Positions 29,002 through 39,041 of a stretch of 64,000 nt of DNA are shown here, piece after piece. Location: assembly GCA_947591495.1 (NCBI GenBank), contig CANQDG010000006.1, forward strand, positions 375-64,374, given 5' to 3'. Origin of the DNA: an uncultured Bacilli bacterium. GTDB taxonomy: Bacteria > Bacillota_I > Bacilli_A > ML615J-28 > CAG-313. The notes beneath the pieces were generated by a model that was not told where the DNA came from, ran no database searches, and saw nothing but the letters and a program-made list of their open reading frames with translations. Each line of letters opens with the position of its first letter. Position 1 is the stretch's first letter. A program made the translations under genes and the position numbers.

Positions 29002-31254
29002 ATGTCTAAACATGAAGAAACTTTAACGATAAATGAAAATATAGATAATAATCTCATTGAACATGAAGAAAAAGCCAGTTCTAGCTTTGCTTTAGATGGT
29101 GCTAAAAAGAAAATAAATGTTCTTTCTTTAATTTTTGAAAGAATTTTACCCATTCTTTTAATAGTAGTGTTAGGTGTTAGACTATTTAGTTATCAAACGC
29201 AAATTGGTCAATATGTTGGTCTTGCTTCAACGCCTTTTTCCCCGTTTAAAACAATTATAACTTTAATTGCAATTTGGTTACAATATACTTGTTTGTTAAT
29301 TGTGATTTTAAAAGGCTTTTTTAACTTTAAATTAATTATTAATTTAAGTAGATTTATTACAATTCCAGTTTTTATTTTAAATGCTATTATGCTACCTGCC
29401 ATAATGACTTTATTTGTTGGCGATAGTAAAGCATCCCTTTTACTAATTTGTTATATTTTAGAAATTGTAATAGGAATCATTTTAGGCATTTATAATATTG
29501 TTATTAATATTAAAGTAAAAACTAATTATAAAGAAATTTTAGCAATGTTTGGCATTTTCCTTTTAATGCTTATTGCTTCGATGCCATCATATTTTTTACA
29601 AATTGTCATTGGTGATGGTAAACGTGATATGATTGTTAAAGATTTAACGCCATATCATCGTATCTTTATTTATTTAGCAATCATTATTCCAACTTGTTTA
29701 TATTTTGCTTTGCGAAATCAAAAAGAAGAAGTTATTCGTTACTTTTTAATATATATATCAGTAGCGACAATGATTGTCTTTTTAGTTAATTTTAATTATA
29801 CTAACTTTAAAGAACCTTGGACTTGGCCTTTTCATCTTTGTAATACCGCCATGTTTATCGTTCCTTTATGTTTGATTTTTAAACTTAAACGTTTGTTCTA
29901 TTTTACTTATTTTATTAATGTCTTTGGGGCTTTAATTGCGATGTTAATGCCTAACTATGATGTTGGAACCAATATTACAAGTATGCGAATTTTTAACTTT
30001 TGGTATAATCATTGGATAGCTTTCTTTATGCCTATTCTACTAGTTGCTTTAAAACAATTTAAGCGTCCAACGATTAAACAATTCTATTGGTCAATGGTTT
30101 GGTTTTTTGGTTATTTTGTTTTAGTATTATTCTTAAATGTTTATTTTACTGCTATTGGTCATAGCGTTGATTACTTCTTTATTAACACTAATTATGTAGC
30201 TGACAAACTCGGTAATTGGGCTAATAATATCTTTAATTTATCAACTAGTTTTACAGTAAATGGTAAATTATTAGTTTTCCATCCGTTATATCAATTCTTG
30301 TTCTTCCTTGGTTATGTTCTTTTAGGACTTGCGGTATGGTTTGTTTATGCGGAATGTTTTAGAATAGCAGATGATCACTTTTTATTACATACAAAACTTA
30401 AAAAAATTAGACAAGATAAACTTGCAATGGCTTCAGTGCCTAGCAAAGTTAGGAGGGCTGAATTCATGAAGGAACAACAAACAAGAGAAGCAAAATTAGA
30501 ATTAATGCACTTCTCTAAAAAATATGCAACCTCGAAAGTTTATGCCGTAGAAGACGCTAATTTAGTTGTAAATGGCGGTGAAATCTTTGGTTTCTTAGGG
30601 CCAAATGGAGCTGGTAAATCAACGATTATTAAAAGCATCGTTGGTATTCAACCAATTACGGATGGTCATATTGAAGTATGTGGTTATGATATTAGTAAAA
30701 CGCCAGTAGAGGCAAAATATAACATTGGTTATGTTCCTGACCATTATGCTTTATATGAAAAATTAACAGGTCGTGAATATATTAATTATATTGCGGACAT
30801 TTATGAAGTTTCGCAAGAAGATCGGGAAGAACGAATTAATAAATATGTTAAATTGTTTGAACTTGAAGCCTCGATTGATAGTCAAATTAAGACTTATTCA
30901 CATGGTATGAAACAAAAAATTACCATTATGTCAGCTTTAGTTCATAATCCTAAAGTTTGGATTTTAGATGAACCATTAACTGGTCTTGATCCTAATAGTA
31001 TTTATCAAGTAAAAGAATGTATGAGGCAACATGCGGCAGCTGGTAATATTGTTTTCTTTAGTTCGCACTTAATTGATATTGTGGAAAAACTATGTGAAAG
31101 AATTGCCATTATTAAACATGGAAAAATCCAATGTGTTAAATCGGTTGAAGAAATCGAAGCATCAGGAATAACCTTAGAACAATTCTATTTAAATACCATA
31201 GGCAATAATGAGGATTCATATGATAATGCTACTGATGTACAAACAAATAACTAA
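29002..31254 (+). CDS. Fusion: multi-pass YwaF/TIGR02206-like membrane domain + ABC ATPase
   Basis: WPFHLCN and FWYNHW in the membrane part. GPNGAGKS, YSHGMKQK, LDEP and SSH in the C-terminal NBD. Confidence 0.85.
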   Translation: MSKHEETLTINENIDNNLIEHEEKASSSFALDGAKKKINVLSLIFERILPILLIVVLGVRLFSYQTQIGQYVGLASTPFSPFKTIITLIAIWLQYTCLLIVILKGFFNFKLIINLSRFITIPVFILNAIMLPAIMTLFVGDSKASLLLICYILEIVIGIILGIYNIVINIKVKTNYKEILAMFGIFLLMLIASMPSYFLQIVIGDGKRDMIVKDLTPYHRIFIYLAIIIPTCLYFALRNQKEEVIRYFLIYISVATMIVFLVNFNYTNFKEPWTWPFHLCNTAMFIVPLCLIFKLKRLFYFTYFINVFGALIAMLMPNYDVGTNITSMRIFNFWYNHWIAFFMPILLVALKQFKRPTIKQFYWSMVWFFGYFVLVLFLNVYFTAIGHSVDYFFINTNYVADKLGNWANNIFNLSTSFTVNGKLLVFHPLYQFLFFLGYVLLGLAVWFVYAECFRIADDHFLLHTKLKKIRQDKLAMASVPSKVRRAEFMKEQQTREAKLELMHFSKKYATSKVYAVEDANLVVNGGEIFGFLGPNGAGKSTIIKSIVGIQPITDGHIEVCGYDISKTPVEAKYNIGYVPDHYALYEKLTGREYINYIADIYEVSQEDREERINKYVKLFELEASIDSQIKTYSHGMKQKITIMSALVHNPKVWILDEPLTGLDPNSIYQVKECMRQHAAAGNIVFFSSHLIDIVEKLCERIAIIKHGKIQCVKSVEEIEASGITLEQFYLNTIGNNEDSYDNATDVQTNN

Positions 31255-31284
31255 CCTCCTACATTTCAAAGGGGGTGAAGAATA

Positions 31285-33141
31285 ATGCTTATTATCCTTT
31301 TCTTATTAATTGTTTTTTCTAAATGTGGTAACAAACAAATTAATCATATTTTGCCCGAAAATGTTAATAGTTCTAATAATAAAGTAAAAGTTCAAAAGCC
31401 GAAGAATAACACTTCTAAAAAGTCTACGAAAGAAGAAAATAAAAAGAAGGAAACAAAAAAGGTTAAAAAAACTACCAAGACCAATCAATTAAAAACGTTA
31501 GTTGTAATGCAATTAAAAGATAAGATTGACTTTAGTTTTGCGAAAAATAAAAAACAACTTCTCCGTAAAATCGTTTTTAGTATTTTAAAATTTACAGTTG
31601 TTTTTGTTATAGCATTTGTTATTTTATATTTATCAATTTATTTAGGTTTGTTTTTCAATAGCGATTTCCCCATTGTTATGGTAGTCGTTGTGACAATATC
31701 TTTATTGCTATCGCTTATTTCTTGTACTTATGAATTAACCACTAATTTATTTTTTGCCGAAGATAATCGCGTTTTAATTACTCTTCCGGTTAACGCTAAT
31801 AAAATTTTTATTTCCCGTATTATTGTTTTTTATATATATGAATTAAAGAAAGCATTAAGTTTCTTAATTCCGATTATTCTTTCTTGTGTTACCCTTTTGG
31901 TATATCGTGGACTTGGTAATTTATGGCTATTTTTATGGATCATTATTCCGTTATTCTTTATCTTAATGTTACCAGTATTAATTGGATCATTATTATCAAT
32001 TCTTGCAATGTATATTAGAAGGTTTTTAAAAAAAGTTCCTATTATTCAAATCATTTTATTTTTAGCTATTTTAGTCGGTGTAGTTGCTTTAGTTGTTTAT
32101 TTAATTAATTTGATACCTGATAATATAAGCCTTATTAATCAGTGGCCTACGATAAGTAAAAATATTAGAAGTTTCTTTATTATGGTTCGTAGTAAACTTA
32201 ATATTATGGCTCAACTAGTTTATATTTTAATTGGTGAATATAGTCATAAAGGACTTTATCTCATTAGTGGTATGACATTAGTTAAATTATTGGTTTTAAT
32301 CGCAATATGTGCTGTGTTGATTTTATTAGTTTATTTTATTTCACGACCAATTTATTTTGGTATGATGTCTAAGAATTTTGAAATTAATAAACGGATTGGT
32401 AATGATAAGCCTAATAAAAGGAAAAATAAATATATAACCTTTGTTAATAAAGAATTTAAAATTAATTTAAGAACCATTAGCATTTCCATTAATTATTTAA
32501 TGGTTTACATAATTGTTCCAATTATGATTTTGTTTTTAAATAAAATGTATAAGGCCATGGAAACAAGTGTGCTTGGTGATGAATTAATTTATACGTTTAA
32601 TATTTTATTAATATGTTTACCACTTCTTGCTTCAAATGGCTTAGTTGCCACTTATTACAGCCGGGAAGGACGAGCAGGTTATATTAAAAAAACTAAACCT
32701 ATTAATGCGGTTTATCCCTTATTTGTAAAAATTATCTTTAATATGATATTTTCTCTTCCATCCGTTTTTGTTACATGTTTTGTTTTTGGTTATCAAAAAG
32801 AATTTACAATTCTTAATAGTTTTATTTTAAGTATGGCGATTTTATTTTTACATTATGGTCATATGATATATAGTGCAACGCTTGATATTATGAATCCTCA
32901 AAATGAACAGTATGCAACAACAGGTGATAATATTGATAATCCTAATGAAAATAAATCGACCATCTTCGCATTTATTATTTCGGCTATTTATACGATCATA
33001 GCGTATAAATTATTATCTGAAACGATGGCTACTGGAATTGTTGTTGGTTTAATTAAAATGCTTCTAATTAGTGCGGCCTTTTTCGCATCGACGCTCTTTA
33101 TGTTTATCAAACGAATTAAAGCATTTTATTATGAAATATAG
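31285..33141 (+). CDS. Large ABC-2-like exporter permease
   Basis: More than 10 TM helices, with LITLPV, KEFK and SREG motifs. Paralogous to 54268..55932. Confidence 0.8.
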   Translation: MLIILFLLIVFSKCGNKQINHILPENVNSSNNKVKVQKPKNNTSKKSTKEENKKKETKKVKKTTKTNQLKTLVVMQLKDKIDFSFAKNKKQLLRKIVFSILKFTVVFVIAFVILYLSIYLGLFFNSDFPIVMVVVVTISLLLSLISCTYELTTNLFFAEDNRVLITLPVNANKIFISRIIVFYIYELKKALSFLIPIILSCVTLLVYRGLGNLWLFLWIIIPLFFILMLPVLIGSLLSILAMYIRRFLKKVPIIQIILFLAILVGVVALVVYLINLIPDNISLINQWPTISKNIRSFFIMVRSKLNIMAQLVYILIGEYSHKGLYLISGMTLVKLLVLIAICAVLILLVYFISRPIYFGMMSKNFEINKRIGNDKPNKRKNKYITFVNKEFKINLRTISISINYLMVYIIVPIMILFLNKMYKAMETSVLGDELIYTFNILLICLPLLASNGLVATYYSREGRAGYIKKTKPINAVYPLFVKIIFNMIFSLPSVFVTCFVFGYQKEFTILNSFILSMAILFLHYGHMIYSATLDIMNPQNEQYATTGDNIDNPNENKSTIFAFIISAIYTIIAYKLLSETMATGIVVGLIKMLLISAAFFASTLFMFIKRIKAFYYEI

Positions 33142-33151
33142 AGGTGATTAA

Positions 33152-33610
33152 ATGAAAAAATCAGTTATTATTACGATTGCGGTAGTTTATATTTTTGCAA
33201 TTGTTGTTGTAGGTTTTATCGGAATTAAAATCAAGGCTTATAATACGCCAGAATTTGTTACAGATATTACTTGTGTATCGGATAATTTTCATAAGTATGA
33301 TCCTAATAATCCTGTTCACAAAAAAGAAATGGAAAAAACTAAGAACCTGATAGGTTATATTGAAGAAGAATTTAAAGAAGGATTAAAAATCACAATTAAT
33401 TGTCAAGTTACACCTGATAATGCTACTAAAAAAGCTTTAACCTTTTCAGTTGATGAAAATCCCGCTGCTTATAAACTTACACCAACATCAGATGGCAGTG
33501 CTACGATTGAATTCTTTGTGGGGACTGAAGTTATTGTTACTATTAAGTCAACCGATATCAAAGGATATTCAATCAAAATAAAGGTGACTGCTTTTGAACG
33601 TAATTGGTAA
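33152..33610 (+). CDS. N-terminally anchored Ig-like (Big_2-type) protein
   Basis: N-terminal TM helix, then VTDITC and CQVTPDNATKKALTFS. Confidence 0.6.
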   Translation: MKKSVIITIAVVYIFAIVVVGFIGIKIKAYNTPEFVTDITCVSDNFHKYDPNNPVHKKEMEKTKNLIGYIEEEFKEGLKITINCQVTPDNATKKALTFSVDENPAAYKLTPTSDGSATIEFFVGTEVIVTIKSTDIKGYSIKIKVTAFERNW

Positions 33611-33644
33611 AAAGAAAAAAGAAATAAAAAGAAAGGAAAAAAAT

Positions 33645-35909
33645 ATGACAAAAAAATTTAGTTTATTGTTAGTTTTATGTACTTTACTATTAACTCTTGT
33701 TGCATGTACTAGTAAAGTAACAGTTACATTTGATACGGCTGGTGGTTCACAAATTGCTAGCGTACAAATTGATGCAGGTGGAAAAATCCAATTGCCTGCA
33801 AACCCTACGAAAGAAGGATATACATTTGTAGGCTGGTTTGTAGAAGGAGAGCCATTTGATGGCAGTCAAAAAATCGATAACAACATAACACTTGTTGCTC
33901 ATTGGAAAAAGACTAATCCTAAAACTTTAACAGTTGTATTCATGGTTGATGGTCAAAAATATGATGAAAAAACTTGCCTTGAAGAAGAACTTTTAACGGA
34001 TCTTCCAAAAAATCCATCAAAAGAAAATTCTCGTTTTGTAGGTTGGTTTGTAGATGATAATACACAATTTGATTTTACTAAAACACCACTTACCGAAGAT
34101 TTAATCGTTAATGCTCATTTTGATGTAACATCAAGAGTTATTGTATATGCGGTTGCATTAGCTGATGATTTTGTTGAGTTTAATAATAATCGCGCAACTA
34201 AGACAGAAAAAAATACTGAATTTGCTGATTTAACGCAAAGTTATGTTGTTGGTGATGATAACCCTTGGAAAGTTGAACCACATATGTCTTTCAGACTTGA
34301 AGATATTGCTACAGGTCATAGCGAATCAACAATCGTTGATGAATGGGAATACACGATTCGAGTATACCATTACAATGGTTCTGATTATGAATTATTAGAA
34401 ACAACAACTGATTTAGTTGACAAAATTGATCCAAAACTTTGCACAATTGATTTTGCTGAAAAAGCTGTTGGTGAAACCTTTAAAATTGAAGTTGTTCCAA
34501 CAGGATTAACTGAAAAACAATTAACTAATGTTCAAAATTATACAATGGTTTTTGAAAACTTTGTAGTTGTTGATGGTTATAATGTTTATGAAGCTAAAGA
34601 ACTTGCTTATGTTGAATATCGTACAATTAATGATAAAGATTGTGATACAGCTTGGGATGCATTTAAAGATGCTAATGGCTTTGATAAAGATTATCATCCT
34701 GCTAATGTAATTTTACATACTAATATTGAAATTACTGCCAGTGATGTTCCTAGTATTTTCTTCTATACCCAAGATGAAATTAATTCATTTGGTGATAGTG
34801 TTAAAAATAAAGAAAATGCAGTTGGTTCAATGAAAGACTGGTATGATTTATATATGCGTGATTTAGGTGAAAACGAAAACTTTGCTCTTCTTGGAAATTA
34901 CTATACTCTTTCAACCGAACACTTAAGAGAAGTAGTTGTTGATACAGATAATGAAGAAACACCTACAGGTGATGTTAACTTAATATCTCATGCTACACTT
35001 ATTAAAATTAGAGGTGCAGCTACTGCCACTTCAAAAATGGCTAATTTACATATTATTGGTAATGCTCCACGTACAGATAATGAAGTTAAATCTGGTGGCC
35101 AAATTCTTGTAAAGGTTGAAGGATCTAATTTTACAGCATACAATAACATTACGATTTGTTCATTTATCACTTATATGCCAAATAGAACTGATTGTCAATT
35201 CTTAATTGAAAAATGTAAAGGTTATGAAAACTTTAACAGCTTAATATACAACTGGGGTTCTGCTAATTTAATAATTAAAGATTCAGAATTCATCGGTGCT
35301 GGTGGACCAGTTGTTATTCAAGACCATGTTCGTGATGGTGATTATGATAAAGATTCAGATGTAAATGGTTTCCCTGCCAAAGCAAAAGTTATCAATTCTA
35401 AATTAGAATCTTATGTAACAGGCGAAGAAGGTTGGTTTACTTTAGTAGGCGCAAGTGCCTTAGTACCACTAGTTAAAAATTTAAATGTAGCATTTGTTGC
35501 TAATGGCCGTTCATTCTTGAAAAATAGTGCATCTGGTGCAACCTTTATGAATTTAATATTTGTAAACAAATCAGGTTCAACTGAAGGCTTAACTAATGAA
35601 AAAATAAAAGCAAGTTTCCAATTTGATGAACTTCCAGCCTTTGATTATGGTGCATTTGACGGAAGTGATCCTGTTTTAAAAAATATGTTAGCTGAACAAT
35701 ATAAGACTAATCATGCTTTCCAAACTACCGGTGGCGGAATGGGATATGTTGGTCTAGATGATCGAGGTGAATCTACTATTAAAGCACCTAATAATCAAAT
35801 GGAATATTTATTAAAATTATTCCAAGGCGATTACCTATGCATCTATGCTCAAAATGGTATGTCTTTTGGTCTACAATTATTTAATGCAGGCGAAACTTAC
35901 GAAATATAA
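33645..35909 (+). CDS. Lipoprotein with two InlB B-repeat (Flg_new)-like repeats and a large uncharacterised beta-rich domain
   Basis: Lipobox LVAC. Repeats PTKEGYTFVGWF and PSKENSRFVGWF. Start at 33645 after an AAGGA RBS. Confidence 0.8.
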   Translation: MTKKFSLLLVLCTLLLTLVACTSKVTVTFDTAGGSQIASVQIDAGGKIQLPANPTKEGYTFVGWFVEGEPFDGSQKIDNNITLVAHWKKTNPKTLTVVFMVDGQKYDEKTCLEEELLTDLPKNPSKENSRFVGWFVDDNTQFDFTKTPLTEDLIVNAHFDVTSRVIVYAVALADDFVEFNNNRATKTEKNTEFADLTQSYVVGDDNPWKVEPHMSFRLEDIATGHSESTIVDEWEYTIRVYHYNGSDYELLETTTDLVDKIDPKLCTIDFAEKAVGETFKIEVVPTGLTEKQLTNVQNYTMVFENFVVVDGYNVYEAKELAYVEYRTINDKDCDTAWDAFKDANGFDKDYHPANVILHTNIEITASDVPSIFFYTQDEINSFGDSVKNKENAVGSMKDWYDLYMRDLGENENFALLGNYYTLSTEHLREVVVDTDNEETPTGDVNLISHATLIKIRGAATATSKMANLHIIGNAPRTDNEVKSGGQILVKVEGSNFTAYNNITICSFITYMPNRTDCQFLIEKCKGYENFNSLIYNWGSANLIIKDSEFIGAGGPVVIQDHVRDGDYDKDSDVNGFPAKAKVINSKLESYVTGEEGWFTLVGASALVPLVKNLNVAFVANGRSFLKNSASGATFMNLIFVNKSGSTEGLTNEKIKASFQFDELPAFDYGAFDGSDPVLKNMLAEQYKTNHAFQTTGGGMGYVGLDDRGESTIKAPNNQMEYLLKLFQGDYLCIYAQNGMSFGLQLFNAGETYEI

Positions 35910-35951
35910 TAAACTTTGGAAAGTCATAAATTTCTAAAAGTTTAAGCTTTT

Positions 35952-35991
35952 AAAAGGCAATTCATTTTAAATTAATGGATTGCCTTTTTTT
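35952..35991 (+). terminator. Terminator of ABC operon 1
   Basis: AAAAGGCAATTCATT/AATGGATTGCCTTTTTT. Confidence 0.7.
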
Positions 35992-36068
35992 ATTGACTTA
36001 GAGGTTAAAAAAATTCTACTTATTTGGTTAAAACTATTGACAAATAATAATAAAGTGGTATAATATAA

Positions 36069-36095
36069 TTAGCACTCAAAGATTGTGAGTGCTAA
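36069..36095 (+). promoter_or_regulatory. CIRCE element (HrcA operator)
   Basis: Perfect TTAGCACTC-N9-GAGTGCTAA between a TTGACA/TATAAT promoter and the htpG RBS. Confidence 0.95.
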
Positions 36096-36106
36096 GGAGT
36101 GATAAC

Positions 36107-38053
36107 ATGAGTGAAATTAAAGAATTTAAAACCGAATCAAAAAGATTACTAGATTTAATGATTCATTCAATCTATACTAATCAAGAAATATTTTTAAGAG
36201 AATTATTATCAAATGCTTCCGATGCAATTGATAAATATCATTATTTATCATTAACTGACGAAAAACTTCCTAAAAGAAATGATTATGAAATTCACATTAG
36301 TATAGACAAAAAAGAACGTACTCTTACTATTAGCGATAATGGTATTGGTATGACTTATGAGGAAATCGATGATAATCTAGGAACAATTGCTAAATCAGGA
36401 ACCCTTGCTTTTGCAAAAAAATTAGAAGAAGCCCAAAAAGAAGGTGGCGAAAATATTGAAACTATTGGTCAATTTGGTGTTGGCTTCTATTCAGCCTTTA
36501 TTGTAGCTAAAAAGGTCGTTGTTGATACTAAATCACCATATAGTGAAAAAGCTTATCGTTTCACATCTACAGGTGAAGATACATACGAGATTGAAGAAAG
36601 TCAAAAAGTTACTACTGGTACAGAAATTACCCTTTATTTAAAAGAAGATACTAAAGATGAAGAAGATAAAGTAGTAAATGATTATGAACAATTCTTAGAT
36701 GAATATACGATTCAATATTTAGTTAAGAAATATTCCGATTATATTAGATACCCAATTACGATGTATCTTACAAAAGAAGAACCTAAACTTGATGAACAAG
36801 GCAAAGAAATTGAAAATGAATATGAAGAAGTAAGAACTCTTACAACTTTAAATTCAATGATTCCGATTTGGAAAAAAAGTAAAAATGAAGTAACTGATGA
36901 AGCCTTAAATGATTTCTACATGCAAAAGTTTTATGATTTTGAAAAACCAATGCTTCATTTAATGTTTAATGTTGAAGGAAATATCAATTATAGTACATTA
37001 CTATTTATTCCTAATGTTCCACCAAGAAATTTACATTCAATCGATTATGAAAAGGGTTTGCAACTATATTCTAAGGGTGTCTTCATTATGGATAAATGCA
37101 AAGAATTAATCCCTGATTATTTAAGATTTGTCAAGGGAATTGTTGATTCTAATGATTTATCACTTAATATAAGTAGAGAAATGCTTCAACAAAATCGTGT
37201 TCTTCAATTAATGCAAAAGAACATCGAAAAAAAGATTTTGAATTATCTTGCAACTATTCAAAAAGATAATTTTGATAAATACTTAGAATTCTATAAAAAC
37301 TATGGTATTAATTTAAAATTTGGGGCATATGAAAATTATGGTTCCAAAAAAGAAATGCTACAAGATTTATTAATTTACGAAAGTCTTAATGCGAATAAGA
37401 TGATATCATTTAAAGAATATGTTGAACAAATGAAAGAGGGCCAAAAAGATATTTATTATGCTTCTGGCAAAAATAAAGAAGAAGTATTAGCAATGCCCCA
37501 AATGGATATTGTTAAAAAATATGGCTATGATGTTCTAATCTTAAAAGATGATGTTGACGAGTTCTTATTAAAAATCTTAAATAAATATAATGATCATGAA
37601 TTTAAATCAATCAATCAAACTTCTTTAGATGATCTTACAACTGAAGAAGAAAAAGAAAAGCTAGAAACCCAAGAAAAAGATCATAAAGAATTACTTGATG
37701 CCCTTAAAGATGCACTTAAAGATAATGTCAAGGATGTTGTTTTATCAAAACGTTTAGTAGATTCACCCGTTTGTTTAGTATCAGGTGATGGCGTATCATT
37801 TGAAATGGAAAAAGTTATTGATGCTATGCCTACTAATGATAAAATAAAAGCGGAAAGAATTTTAGAAATCAATCCTAATCATGAATTATTCCAATCTTTA
37901 GATCAAGTATTTAAAGAAACCCCTGAAGAAATTAAAGATTATGCTAATTTATTATATAATCAAGCATTATTAATGGAAGGATTTAAACCAACTAATAGTG
38001 TAGAATTTTCCAATTTAATGTGCAAGTTGATGATTAAAAGCATTAAGAAATAA
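36107..38053 (+). CDS. htpG: Chaperone Hsp90
   Basis: Motifs IFLRELLSNASDA, DNGIGM, IGQFGVGFYSAF and LNISREMLQ. Start MSEIKEF. Confidence 0.97.
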   Translation: MSEIKEFKTESKRLLDLMIHSIYTNQEIFLRELLSNASDAIDKYHYLSLTDEKLPKRNDYEIHISIDKKERTLTISDNGIGMTYEEIDDNLGTIAKSGTLAFAKKLEEAQKEGGENIETIGQFGVGFYSAFIVAKKVVVDTKSPYSEKAYRFTSTGEDTYEIEESQKVTTGTEITLYLKEDTKDEEDKVVNDYEQFLDEYTIQYLVKKYSDYIRYPITMYLTKEEPKLDEQGKEIENEYEEVRTLTTLNSMIPIWKKSKNEVTDEALNDFYMQKFYDFEKPMLHLMFNVEGNINYSTLLFIPNVPPRNLHSIDYEKGLQLYSKGVFIMDKCKELIPDYLRFVKGIVDSNDLSLNISREMLQQNRVLQLMQKNIEKKILNYLATIQKDNFDKYLEFYKNYGINLKFGAYENYGSKKEMLQDLLIYESLNANKMISFKEYVEQMKEGQKDIYYASGKNKEEVLAMPQMDIVKKYGYDVLILKDDVDEFLLKILNKYNDHEFKSINQTSLDDLTTEEEKEKLETQEKDHKELLDALKDALKDNVKDVVLSKRLVDSPVCLVSGDGVSFEMEKVIDAMPTNDKIKAERILEINPNHELFQSLDQVFKETPEEIKDYANLLYNQALLMEGFKPTNSVEFSNLMCKLMIKSIKK

Positions 38054-38058
38054 CTTCT

Positions 38059-38088
38059 AAAAGTCTCTCTTAAAAAAAGAGACTTTTT
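38059..38088 (+). terminator. htpG terminator
   Basis: AAAAGTCTCT/AGAGACTTTT hairpin. Confidence 0.7.
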
Positions 38089-38219
38089 AAAAAATGAAGT
38101 TTATATTTATATTTTATTAGCATAAAAAAGCAAAAACTTTAAATAATAATAATACTAATATTGCAAATAAAAAGAAAAATGCGTATAATAAAGCTATCAA
38201 TATTTGTAGGAGGTAGCAT

Positions 38220-39002
38220 ATGTTTTTAAGTAATTCATCAAATGATGTTAGTATTTTATTAACCATAGCTATTATTTTAATAGGAGCTTTGATTATTATT
38301 GTTGGTATTATATCATCAATTGTGAGCATTGTTTTAGCTATATCTTATGTAAAATATAATCGCACTAAAAATAGTGCCAACATTACGGGTGCTGATGCCG
38401 CAAGACTTTTACTTGATAAAAATGGTTTACAAGATATTAAAGTTAAAGTAGGTGGTTCACTTATTTTTGGTAATAGTTATAGCCATTATTTTAAAAAGAT
38501 TAGACTTAGAAGACTTACGAAAAATAAAACTAGTATTACATCGCTTGCTATAGGTGCTGAAAAAACAGCTCTTGCTATTTTAGATAAAGAAAACGATGCC
38601 GATGTTAGAAAAAGAGTTAAATTAGTACCATTTGTTACTTTTGGCCCTCTTGCTTTTATTCCACTTATTTTAATAGGAGCAATTCTTGATCTATTTATTT
38701 TAAAGTCAGAAGGGTTAGTTTTACTAATTGTTGCAATAATCGGTATTTTGTTATTTGGAGTTTCTGTTATTTTAGCTTTTGTGACACTTAAGAGTGAAAA
38801 GAAAGCCCAAAAACGAGCACTAGAATTATTAAGAGAAAATGATTTAGCAACCGAAGAAGAAACCAATCAAATGGTTAACTTATTTAAGTTATATAATATT
38901 CAATATATCAATGATTTAATTATTTCAGTCCTTGAATTGATTCGCTTTATTTTACAGATTATGGCAAGCGTTGCGAAAAATAGTAAATCATCAAATAATT
39001 AA
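38220..39002 (+). CDS. YugP-like (Zn_peptidase_2) membrane protein lacking HExxH
   Basis: Motifs TGADAARLLL..NGL..IKV, KKIRL and VTLKSEKKA..RAL. The HExGH position reads AEKTAL. Confidence 0.7.
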   Translation: MFLSNSSNDVSILLTIAIILIGALIIIVGIISSIVSIVLAISYVKYNRTKNSANITGADAARLLLDKNGLQDIKVKVGGSLIFGNSYSHYFKKIRLRRLTKNKTSITSLAIGAEKTALAILDKENDADVRKRVKLVPFVTFGPLAFIPLILIGAILDLFILKSEGLVLLIVAIIGILLFGVSVILAFVTLKSEKKAQKRALELLRENDLATEEETNQMVNLFKLYNIQYINDLIISVLELIRFILQIMASVAKNSKSSNN

Positions 39003-39041
39003 AAAACAAAAGCAAGAAGCTAAAAACTTCTTGCTACTTTT

